Translations under genes and position numbers: made by a program
Shown here: in pieces, positions 12,874 through 22,720 of the stretch
How the letters are laid out: every line of letters starts with the position of its first letter
How positions within the stretch are numbered: position 1 is the first letter of the stretch
Notes under the pieces: model-generated
Seen by the model: the letters and a program-made list of their open reading frames with translations, nothing else
The model's database searches: none
What the model was told of the DNA's origin: nothing
Source of the DNA: Squalus acanthias
Taxonomy: Eukaryota
Assembly: GCA_030390025.1 (NCBI GenBank)
Contig: CM059432.1
Span: forward strand, 24,554,001 to 24,618,000
Length of the DNA stretch: 64,000 nt
Direction: 5' to 3'

Positions 12874-14034
12874 CTAGAAGCGGCTTGCTATTAGTCGTTG
12901 ACGGACGGCCCTTGCAGTTTGACCATTGTGGGCCGCCCTCCCGCCTTGGTGCTGCTGATGATCATCGTCCTCGTCCTCTTCCTCCTCTTCCTCCTCCTCC
13001 TCTAGTGGTGCTACAAGGCCTGGTGGCATTGGCTGGGTCCTGAGGATTGCCATGTTGTGCAACATGCAGCACACGACTACGAAGTTCGAAACTTGCTCAG
13101 GCGAGTACTGCAGGGCTCCTCCGGAATGGTCCAGACAGCGGAACCGTTGTTTCAGCACGCCGATTGTGCGCTCAATAATGTTCCTGGTTGCTTGATGGCT
13201 TTCATTGTACCGCAGCTCAGCAGGGGTGTTGGGCGTACGGAGCGGTGTCATCAGCCAGGTGCTCAATGCATACCCCTTGTCCCCGAGAAGCCAACCAACT
13301 GGCTGATGCGGTGCCTCGAAAACTTCTGCCACAGTAGTCTGGCGCAGGATGAAAGCATCGTGGCAGCTGCCCGGATAGTGGGCATTGACAGCGAGTATCA
13401 CCTGTCTGTGGTCACAGACCAACTGCACATTCAAGGAATGGAACCCCTTTCTGTTCCTGAATTCCTCTGCATTCTCTCGCGGAGCACGCAAAGCCACATG
13501 CGTGCAGTCAATGGCGCCCTGCACCATGGGGAAGCCCGCTACCCTCGCAAAGCCCAGAGCACGGTCACGCTGCTTGTCTGGGGTCATAGGGAAAGAGATG
13601 AAGTCTCGTCTCCTTCTGAAGAGGGCATTGGTGACCTGCTGGATGCAGCGATGCACCGCAAACTGGGAGATATTGGCGAGGTCCCCAACAGCAGCTTGGA
13701 ATGAGCCAGTGGTGTAGAAGTTCAAAGCCACTGTGACCTTCACTGCCACCGACAGAGACGTCCTGGACCTCAGCTGAGGCTGCAGATCTGGCTGCAGCAG
13801 GTGGCAGAGCTCAGTGACCACCTCCTTGCTGAATCGCAGCCTTCGCAAACACAGCTCCTCGGACATATGGATGTAGGAGAGCTGTTCACGATATACCCTG
13901 GGAGGGTAAGCTCTCCTGTACATGCGCCTGATGGCCCTCCTCCGTCTGGCCATCATTGCCACTCTCTGTCTGCATCTCTGTATCCTCCGATTCAGCTGGA
14001 GCAGGACGACGCCCCCAATCATTGCAGCCCCCAT
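12874..14034 (-). CDS. Harbinger DDE transposase (HARBI1-like), 386 aa from first ATG
   Basis: Uninterrupted ORF; catalytic motifs GAIDCTH, LLGDKGY, RNIIERTIGVLKQRFRCL; also NRKGFHSLNVQLVCD, YPGSCHDAFIL, CCMLHN and an acidic tail. Confidence 0.93.
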   Translation of the reverse strand: MGAAMIGGVVLLQLNRRIQRCRQRVAMMARRRRAIRRMYRRAYPPRVYREQLSYIHMSEELCLRRLRFSKEVVTELCHLLQPDLQPQLRSRTSLSVAVKVTVALNFYTTGSFQAAVGDLANISQFAVHRCIQQVTNALFRRRRDFISFPMTPDKQRDRALGFARVAGFPMVQGAIDCTHVALRAPRENAEEFRNRKGFHSLNVQLVCDHRQVILAVNAHYPGSCHDAFILRQTTVAEVFEAPHQPVGWLLGDKGYALSTWLMTPLRTPNTPAELRYNESHQATRNIIERTIGVLKQRFRCLDHSGGALQYSPEQVSNFVVVCCMLHNMAILRTQPMPPGLVAPLEEEEEEEEEDEDDDHQQHQGGRAAHNGQTARAVRQRLIASRF

Positions 14035-14137
14035 ATTCTCTTTGCCAGAAAAGTAATGAGGTACAGCAATTAAAGTAGCAACAAAGTTAGGATGAATAGG
14101 CAAAACTACCTCACAAAGCGTTGAGTCAATGTAGAAG

Positions 14138-14175
14138 TCTCTCTCTCTCTCTCTCCGAATCTCTCTCTCTCTCTC
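14138..14175. repeat. Interrupted (CT)n microsatellite upstream of the transposase ORF
   Basis: Directly visible. Confidence 0.9.
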
Positions 14176-14919
14176 AGAACGAGTGGTGCATAAATGTCGA
14201 CCACAGAAAAAGACAGGAAGAGGCCCCCTTTAAATAGCGCCCCCCCCAGCCCCACACCGATTGATAGCGTTCCAGTCTTCCGGTCGTTGGAAGCGCCAGG
14301 CGGTAAGGCAGGGGGCGCCACTCAATTTCCGCTCCGGGGCGCCACAAGGGCGTTGCACCATGGAATGACGTCATAATCTGCGCGCGCAGGTGGTCGCAGC
14401 GGTAAGTTTTAGCGTCGCCGCACAATCTCAAGTTAAGTTCTCGAGCAGCGCAAACATCGCTGCGCCCGGGTGTTAGCGGCTTAACGCCCCATTAGCGCCC
14501 TCTTAAGGCGCTAAAGGGAGGCGTAACCAAGTGAATTTTTACCCCTAATTATTTAAAAAATGTAAAAATTAAAATAATTTTCTTTTCTTTCTGTCTCTTT
14601 TAACTCTCTCTCCTAATCCCATCTTTCTTTTCCTCTCTTTATTTTGCTTTCTGCACATGATTTTACAATGAATTAAATATTCCAATTTATACTTCCTGGT
14701 TTGGACTCCACGATCTAGAAATTGGTAGCGTCCATTTTTGGGCTCCTTACCCACAGAATTCTAACAGCCCACGCTCAAATATGAAGGTCCGAGAAGCACT
14801 GAATTTTGGGCCTCAAACCTTATTATCATGTAGATGGCACTCCAATTTCCAGGTAAGTGATTGGGTTGCATTTCGTGGGTCAGTAGTAGGAACGGGTGGG
14901 CCTTTGAGTCCGTGATCAG

Positions 14920-15300
14920 AAGGCTGTCGAGGGTCGGGTAAGAAGATCGGGGGGCCTGCAAATTGTTGGGGGTGGTCGGCATTGCTGTCGGAGTCTGTGA
15001 TCGGAGGGTTATCGGGGAGACGGAGGCAGATTGGTTGGGCCTGCAGTAGTGTTGGGGGGGTCGGCATTGCTGACGGTGGGTGACCAGAGGGCTGTCGGGG
15101 TCGGGTAGGAAGATTGGGGGGCCTGCAGTATTGTTGGGGGGTTGGTAGTGATGTCGGGGAGAGCTATGAGGTCAGGGCTCGGGTCTGAGGAACATGGAGG
15201 TCCTGCAGTATTGTTGGAGGGTCGGCGTTGCTGTCGGGTGGGCTAGGAGTTCGGGTTGGGTTCAGAGGAAGATTGGGGGGGCCTGGAGGTCGGGGTCAGG
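14920..15300. repeat. Degenerate G-rich minisatellite, ~80-85-bp unit, ~5 copies
   Basis: GCCTGCA-like anchors at ~14954, 15039, 15121, 15200 and 15281 with recurring GGAAGATTGGGGG and TGTTGGGGG blocks. Confidence 0.75.
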
Positions 15301-16649
15301 AATGAGGCCAGAGATCTTGGGACCGGGAGCGGCGATGATAATGGTAAGTAGTTACCTTTTTAAATTCAGTGCTGTTTAGCGTTGGTATTCCCAGGGCTAA
15401 CATCACTGGCGCTGGCTGCCTCAGACACAAACCAAATTTGCAAGAGGGAGCAGAAGCAGGCAGTAGGCCCCCTATTTAACATGTTAATGGCCTAACACCT
15501 GCTTCAGATGTGGGTAAACGACGCCTCTTATTTGGCCCTTACCAAAATGGTGTCCGCCGCGGCCCACGCAGGAAGTGGGCAGAAGCAAGGCAGCAGTCAT
15601 TTTTTTTGCCGAAACCAGCTTTAACTGCCGGTGCTAAGCAGGAGAACTTCTCCCCTTGCGTGTCTCAGTGAGGATTCCTCAATCCGATTGGTTGAAGAGC
15701 CATGCTGTGGCTTGCGTTGTTCACACAAGTCCCAGATCCTGTGTAGAGGCAGCCATTGCTGAAAATGTTCCCTAGGAACCGTAAGTTGCTGCTCAAATGC
15801 CCATGAAAAGTCTGTGGGCAGCTGTAAACGTGATAAATGGCAAGCGTCGTTCCTTCGCCGCTGACCGCAAAATCCGGGCCATATACTCTGGTAGGACTGG
15901 ATGGAGATGGATGGGGAGAGGGAAAAGGAAGAGGGAAGGGGGCAGAGGGCATGAACAACAGTTTGGGGTGATGGGAGGAAGGAGAATGCCAGTATTAACT
16001 GACAGAAAGTGGGGAGGGAGAGTGCCAACATTAATGGGGGCGGGGCGGGCGGGCAGGGGAAAAAAGCCAGCTTTAATTGGGGGAGGAAGTACACCAGCTA
16101 GAAATAAGAGGGTTGGAGGAAGAGAGAGAACTCCATGAAAGAATGGGGAGTTGCATGGAGGACAGTTTCTCTGTGAATTGGGCCCAGAGGGGGTAGAGTG
16201 TCTGTGGACTTGGGTGTGGAGTTTGGATGTGGGAGAATGACTGTTGAGGTAACTCTGGGGAAATGATCTCCGGCTCACTTCATGTTTTCTTTTTCAAATT
16301 AAAATCGATTAATTGTAAAATATAATGGTGCTTAAAATGAATAATCATTTTCAATGTATAATTTTTTTTTTAAATCCTCTGGGAAGCCCCTAAACTCACT
16401 AGAAATGCACTACCAATCTTATAGCTTCAAGATTTGGATTTTCTCTCATGGGCTTTCATGCATTTGCGTTTTGTTTTCCTCCAATATAGTGAGGAATATT
16501 GTGTATACCGACAGCTTAAGGTGTAAAGCCAGTGTAACGACTTGTTTCCATGTGTTATTGGCTATAATCAGGGCCATTCATGAGCTGTCAGCTTTTTGGG
16601 GCCTGTGTCAGTTTTTATGAAGCCAATACTAATGTCCTGGGTTGACATG

Positions 16650-17700
16650 TACACCGTCTGTATGGCTGACCCACTCACTGGATGAACTCACGAAGCCATC
16701 GTGGGAGCCCAGATATTTGCTTAGTGCTGCAGATGAATTGTAGCCAAAGAATTGAAGGCAATGCTGGAAGATAAGGAAATTGAAATAATTGGAAAGTCTC
16801 TTTGAGTGTATCCAAAAATAAATGAACAAGATAGCTTGTCGTGCTGGATTTTGTTTTTGATGTGAGGCAGCATAACAGCAAGGTGCAGCCAGAGGCAACT
16901 GTAACAGCACCAGATGGCTCACAAATTTAACCCTGGGTTGCTGGGACCACAGGGAAGGCCTGGAGATATTTGACTGAACTGAATTGATATGCCCAAAATT
17001 GATAAAAATATTAAGAAAGGACTATGATGGAGGAGAGGAGGCTAGAGAGAAGGGCGCACACTTTGCATTAGATGCTCCTGACATATGGCAACCGAATCCA
17101 GTTCAACGCAAAAGAAGACTGCTGATGTACGCAACTAATTGGAGCAGATTTTCCTGTTTTGTGCTTGGGTGGAGCGCTCAGAGGAAGATCAGGTTAGGAG
17201 GATCACACACCCTCAACGGATCACACGCCCACAACGGATCCCACCCGATTTTCCTCTGTACACTCATCCAAGGTGATTGTTTAATGTCCAAGAACAAAAG
17301 AGGAAAATCTGCTCCATTGTTTCCAATGGAAATATGGGATGTACAATAGGAACAGGTACAGACTATTCAACCCATCTAGCTTATCTGCCATTTTGTTAAC
17401 CATGGTAGCTCTTCATTTTAATCCCAATTGCCTGGCCTTTTTTCTGTGTCGCTTAATATGATACTTGCCAACCAAGAAAGCTAGCAAAAATTGACAAGCA
17501 GCTTCAAAAAATCTGACAACTCAAGTGTAGCCCTGAATGCAGGACTATTACATATTCATTGAAGGTGAAATAGAGTATGGGCTTGTCATAACATAAGCTC
17601 CAAGGATACCTAACAGGCCATCGATTGTGAAGATGAAGATTGTGGCAAACACTACAATGATTTTCCCTTGCTTTTTGTGGGGAAACTGGCTATTGCGAAT
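16650..17700 (+). mobile_element. Possible ancient RTE-like LINE relic
   Basis: CPKLIKILRKDYDG, LLMYA and RVWACHNIS resemble RTE RT segments; heavily decayed. Confidence 0.3.
17141..17315. mobile_element. 175-bp MITE (Harbinger-type)
   Basis: Perfect 15-bp TIR GGAGCAGATTTTCCT / AGGAAAATCTGCTCC; TSD ATT on both sides; internal 18-bp tandem repeat. Confidence 0.9.
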
Positions 17701-18749
17701 ATATACTCGTGCCCTCTGTAGCTAAATCTGACTAAGTTGTTTTAAAATTGATTGTACAGTTGTCACAGTGATGCATAGACATTTTTCTCCCCAGTCCTCA
17801 CAGTGCACAAAGGCACTCTTCTGTCCCCAGATCACAAGTTTACACTGGCACTCTTCAACTTCCCTCTCCCAGTTTAGGTTGCGTCTAGTTGCAATACCAG
17901 AATTCTGATTGGTTCCCTTGGAGTACAAGACTCACCCAACAGTTTGTCTGGAATGTGTAATTTGATCCTGCCTGCTGTAGACAATCCTGCAATGTGTAAT
18001 TTGATCCAGTCTTGCCAGATTGCAGAATGTGGAAGTTAGTTAGCTTTGTGAAGATCCCCTGTTAATAGTATTCTGCAATTGTAATTATCGTTGTCATTGG
18101 CTGGTAAAATAAAATATACTCTAAGTAGCGGGTTAGTTAATTCTTTGGAGTTTTATGCTTATTGTTCCTTCTGGAAGTGAAAGAAGTCCTTTAATTTTGA
18201 ATGAAGGGACCGTGTGTAGGATCTGTGTGTGTGTGATGTGCGGGTGTTTTGATCATAAGTGCTGTTCCTAAGGTTTCCCTGGAGTTTGTAGCTCTGGAAT
18301 GCTACAGATTGGACTGCAGGTTCAGGCTGGAACTTTGTGTGGGAGCCGAGTGCAGTGCAGCCGGAGCGCTGAGCTTTCCTTTCCAGTAATAGCATATGAA
18401 AATATTCTTGTCAGTTTGAAACATATGGAAGTAAATAAGTGTTTCAGTATCAAATGAATCCTTACATCTCGAGAATGAAAGCCTTATTCACTCAGAACAC
18501 ATTTAAGTCTTTTAATTTGTGTTGGCCCATTTCAAAGCTCTCTGTTTAAACCTAACCTATAGTAAATAATATGTCGTGATTGTGACTTTCTGTTTATCTC
18601 AGGGGATGTGGGTAATGCAGAAACAGCATTGCTGGCCTGTATGAGTGCGCTGCGAGTTCAACTTGCCCAGAACAAAATGGCACAAGGCATTCAACATAAC
18701 ATACTTGTCTCTCATGTCTCTGCACCACTTCCTGAGTGGAAGAAGCTAA

Positions 18750-19381
18750 GGGGGCGAAATTGGGTGCCTTTGTGCCTCGCAGGGGGCGCTAACGGGGCGC
18801 AAATGGCTTTTGTCACTGACATCGACTCCCGCCATATTCGGCGGGAGTTTTGTGGCAGCGCTACGGCGTTGCGCCCCGATCTCATTCGCCCGGAGATCGT
18901 GACATCATCGCTGTGCGCATCACCCCGGTAGCGCCCCGGACCCGATATTGACTTCCGCCCCGTGCAGCAGCGCCGGTCGAAAACACCGACAGCTGTATGA
19001 GGCGTGCAGACCAGCCGCTTCGGGGGCGATGATTAAAGACGAGGTGGCCGAGGTAATTAAAAAAAAAATTTACCTTTCTTGTTCCCGTTTTTTTCGTGGG
19101 TTCCTGCCCACGATCAATCAGCCGGCACCCTGCTTGAGTGCTGGGCTGATCACGTAGGATCGCGGCTGCTTTGGTGGTCCAGGTAGGTACTTTATAAATT
19201 GCAGAGCCTGCTGCCGATTGCGCTCCAAGAAGGAAGTGGAGGGCTTGATTTAGCGTTCCACTTCCTTCCTGCAGCGCAAAACTGAATTTTTTAAAAGTTT
19301 AGAAACATTAGCGCCTGGCGCTAATTTTCTCAACTTTTAAAAGTTAGTGCCCCAAACGGGGCTATAATGAATTTCTCCCCC
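18750..19381. mobile_element. 632-bp Harbinger MITE related to the full-length element
   Basis: TIR GGGGGCGAAATT / AATTTCTCCCCC; flanks TAA / TAG; shares ATTAGCGCCTGGCGCTAATT with 10450-10469. Confidence 0.85.
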
Positions 19382-19757
19382 TAGGATTTCCCAATTCACA
19401 AACTTTGGGCTTTTAATTTGATTTCGACCTCGCTATCTGTAGCAAACCCCTGCGCCTGCTCTCCGGGTGAGTCCGAAACATCTGCCCGGCATCTTGAAGC
19501 TCCGGCCGCGCAGCTGCAGAGCCTGAGTCTGGTCCCCAGAACCCAGACTCCCACCCTGATGCCGTGGCCTACTGCTCAGGCCTGCCACCGCCAGCCTGCC
19601 TCACAGATCGCTAGTGATGGACTGACAAGGGTCCTCCGGCACGCAGGCGCACCGCCGTTGCAGTTCTGGTGGGGGGCGGGACGATGTTTAGGCCCTGTCC
19701 CCCATACGGGCGCATGCGCAGGACGCAGAAGAACGTGCAAATAATAACAGTGCCCAG

Positions 19758-19890
19758 TTTGTGCTGGTACTCATTCCCTACTCGAGTTTATGCTGGTCCT
19801 CTCCCCCCACCCTTACTCCAATTTATACTGATACCCTTCTCTCCCCACCGTTATTCCAATTTATGCTGATACCCTTCATCCCCTCCCCCA
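19758..19890. repeat. Short degenerate minisatellite (4 units of ~30-38 bp)
   Basis: Units begin TTT(A/G)T(A/G)CTG(A/G)T at ~19758, 19787, 19822 and 19860. Confidence 0.6.
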
Positions 19891-20150
19891 AGGAGTACTT
19901 TGCATTGGAGACAAACCTTGCGGGATTTCTGGCAGATGATTCGATCCCACTAGTTCCATCTTCTCCTCTAACGTCAGCACCAAAGGGCAGGCGGAAGCAA
20001 GAAGTGCCCGTCTCACCCTTCCGTTGGAATTTCACAATAGAGAAAAGATTGTTGGAGACCTGGTGGTACCAAGTCCAGTTTCAAATTCTCCACCTGGTTG
20101 GCCCAGAAATTTTAACGCCATGAATGCTTTTCATTTCCATGAGAAATCAA

Positions 20151-22158
20151 GGGCTAGAAATTCATTATAGCCAAGGAATGGGCAGTGTTTAGGCTAAAAA
20201 TGGTTAAGTAGCGCCAGGTGAAAATCGTCTAGAATGCACACAAAATTCATCCTCACTCCTCATTAAAATGATTGCAGTCATGATTCTAGTCTAAAAACCC
20301 AAGCTCATTGTCATTACACTGAAAAGATGGACCAATATCGGGTGTAAACTCAAGTAATGATTGCAACAGGCTTTTTTCACTGCTTAAAGTGGAGGTGCAT
20401 TGATGCTGCAGCACCCCCTTCTCAGCATTGTTGGGTGTGCAGCTGCCTCAACAACCATAAGAAGAAGGACAAGGAGAAGGAGCACTTACTTACAAATCCT
20501 GATGGCAGATCCATGCCCCAGGTAGCGACCCCGGAGGTTTTCCGATGAAGCTTTGGAGGTGTTGGTTTTAGCGGTGGAGAGAAGGCGGGTGCTCCGTATC
20601 AACTGGCAGGAGGCCCTCTCCACAAGTCTGCCGGACTGTGTGGGGGGAGGCAGCATACCACGTCATGGGCAGCACTCTGGTCCCCAGGTCCCACACACAG
20701 TGCAGGAGGAAGTTTAATGAGCTCACACAGGTGGTCAGGGTGAGTGAAGGCTTCAACAAATGTTACATACCATCATCTGTACCACAAGCTTCACACACTG
20801 CTCAATGCACCACACCACCAGCACTCACCCACCAACAATCTCTACCTAGCAACACTCACACCCACATTTCACATCTTGCACACAATGACAGCTATTCAAC
20901 TATGGCAAGCACAAGAGTCATTAATTATTAGAATTCATATGTTTATAGATACATGCTTTAATGGTGTTTGGAATATTTTGTGGTCTCTCTCATTTCACAT
21001 TTGCACCCAGGGGGAAGCTGTGATATGGCGTGATACAGGGATGGTATGATGGGGATGTAGTGAGCAACTGGGATCTAGGGTTTCATTTATTCAAATCGCA
21101 GTCTGATGAGCCAGTCATGGGCGATCCGACCGGAAGGTCGATTGTCTCGCTGCCTCCTCCCTCCCTCCTGTTCCTCCGCTTCCTCGTCCTCATCGTCCTC
21201 TTCGTCCTCCTCATCCTCCTCTACCTTGTCCTCCTCCTGAGGTGGTCCTGCAATCCCTGCTGGCAAGGGCTGCACCCTCAAGATGGCCAAGTTGTGGAGC
21301 TTGCAGCAGACCACCACGAAATGGAGGGCTCCTCCCGAGTGGTCAAGGTAGCGGAATCATTGCTTTAATAAGCCGATGGTCTGCTCGATGATGTTCTTGG
21401 TGGCAGCATAGCTCTCATTATATGAGTGCTGGGCACGAGTGTTGGGGTTGCGGAGGGGAGTCATGAGCCAGGTGGAGTGTGGATAGCCCTTGTCTCCAAG
21501 CAGCCACCCTTGAGCTTGATGTGGTGGCTGGAAGAGTGCTGGCACACCGGTCTGGCACAGGATGAAGGCATTGTGGCTGCTGCCAGGATAGCGGGCATTC
21601 ACATTGAGGATTCGCTGTCTGTGGTCACACACCAACTGCACATTAAATGAGTGAGTGATTTTTAGCAAGTGTTGTGCTTTGAAGCCTTTCAAAAATAATG
21701 AGGGAGTTTTGTACTTACCAGAACACTCCCTGATACCAAAGAATCTTGAAATGACTAAGGAAAACTCTTCCAGTCGCACAAAGTAGCACACAGCCACTCG
21801 AACTTCAAAACCCTGACAGGTGCGAGTGATTGGTGAGGATCACTTTAAATATCGTCACTGCAGCCGGCTTCCTGCTGCTACACGCCACCTCAACCTGTCG
21901 TTGCTTTCTCCAGCCGGTAAGCATATTGTTAAAACGAAGTTTGGAGACGGGGAGTTGAGTGAGCGTTGCACATTCGCTGACATCACGATCTCCATCATGG
22001 CGAGCTCCCAGCCGATCGAGGTTACCGGCAGTGCTACCGGCACCACCGATGGCATGCTGCGCTGGAACCGGCATCAGTTGTCGTCACACCTGTCGATGGC
22101 ACTTTAGCGCCATCTCTTGGCGCTAACTTGCGGCGCAAGCCACACAAATTTCTCCCCC
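20151..22158. mobile_element. Internally deleted Harbinger copy D (~2 kb)
   Basis: TIR GGGCTAGAAATT / AATTTCTCCCCC; Myb exon 1 remnant 20502-20739 on + (RSHTQCRRKFNELTQVVR); transposase 3' half on -. Confidence 0.85.
21087..21655 (-). pseudogene. Harbinger transposase C-terminal half, frameshifted
   Basis: HSFNVQLVCDHRQ...WLLGDKGY...KNIIEQTIGLLKQ* then VVCCKLHNLAILR...; close to 12874-14034. Confidence 0.9.
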
Positions 22159-22177
22159 AAAGTGTCCCAAAGTGCTT

Positions 22178-22720
22178 CAACAACAACAACTTGCATTTTA
22201 TTGCACCTTTAATGCAGTAAAACGTCCCAAGGCACTTCACAGGAGCGTTATCAAACAAAATTTGACACCGAGCCACATAAGGAGATATTAGGGCAGATGA
22301 CCAAAAGCTTGGATATAGAGGTAGGTTTTAAGGAGCGTCTTAAAGGAGGAGCAAGAGGTGGAGAGATTTATGGAGGGAATTGCAGAGTTTAGGCCTTGGC
22401 AGCTGAAGGCACAGCCACCAGTGGTGGAGTGATTAAAATCAGGGATGCGCAGGAGACCAGAATTGGAGGAGCACAGATATCTCGGAGAGTTGTAGGGCTG
22501 GAGGAGATTACAGAGATAGGGAGGGGCGAGGCCATGGAAGCATTTGAAAACAAGGATGAGAATTTTTAAATCGTGGCGTTACTCAACTAGGAGCCAATGT
22601 AAGTCAGCGATCACAGGGGTGATGGGTGAACAGGACTTGGTGCGAGTTAGGACATGGGCAGCAAAGTTTGGATGAGCTTAAGCTTATGGATGGTGGAAGA
22701 TGGGAGTCCAACCAAGAGTG
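22178..22720 (-). mobile_element. L2 LINE 3' fragment
   Basis: (CAA)n tail and 3' region matching the reverse complement of 36500-36945. Confidence 0.75.

Larger units (their letters stand above)
10394..14545. mobile_element. Full-length PIF/Harbinger DNA transposon (4,152 bp)
   Basis: TSD TAA at 10391-10393 and 14546-14548; TIR GGGGTAGAAATT / AATTTTTACCCC (11/12 match); convergent Myb-like and transposase genes; subterminal GCGCC/GGCGC repeats. Confidence 0.95.
10022..15880. mobile_element. Older non-autonomous TIR element hosting nested insertions
   Basis: Termini GGCCTGGATTTTGTG (10022) and CGCAAAATCCGGGCC (15880) are imperfect inverted repeats; the body is split by the 10394-14545 Harbinger and by a second element (~14710-15655). 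No clean TSD. Confidence 0.5.

Noticed and set aside
13057..13704. 215-aa plus-strand ORF
   Set aside because: Antisense shadow of the transposase with no recognisable motif.
12874..14103. Calling the ORF the domesticated host gene HARBI1
   Set aside because: It lies between TIRs with a TSD and a Myb partner and has decayed relatives nearby, so it is a transposon copy. The 14103 start is non-ATG; 14034 was used.
18603..18745. Possible exon after a strong acceptor
   Set aside because: No convincing donor or recognisable peptide; the frame runs into a MITE.
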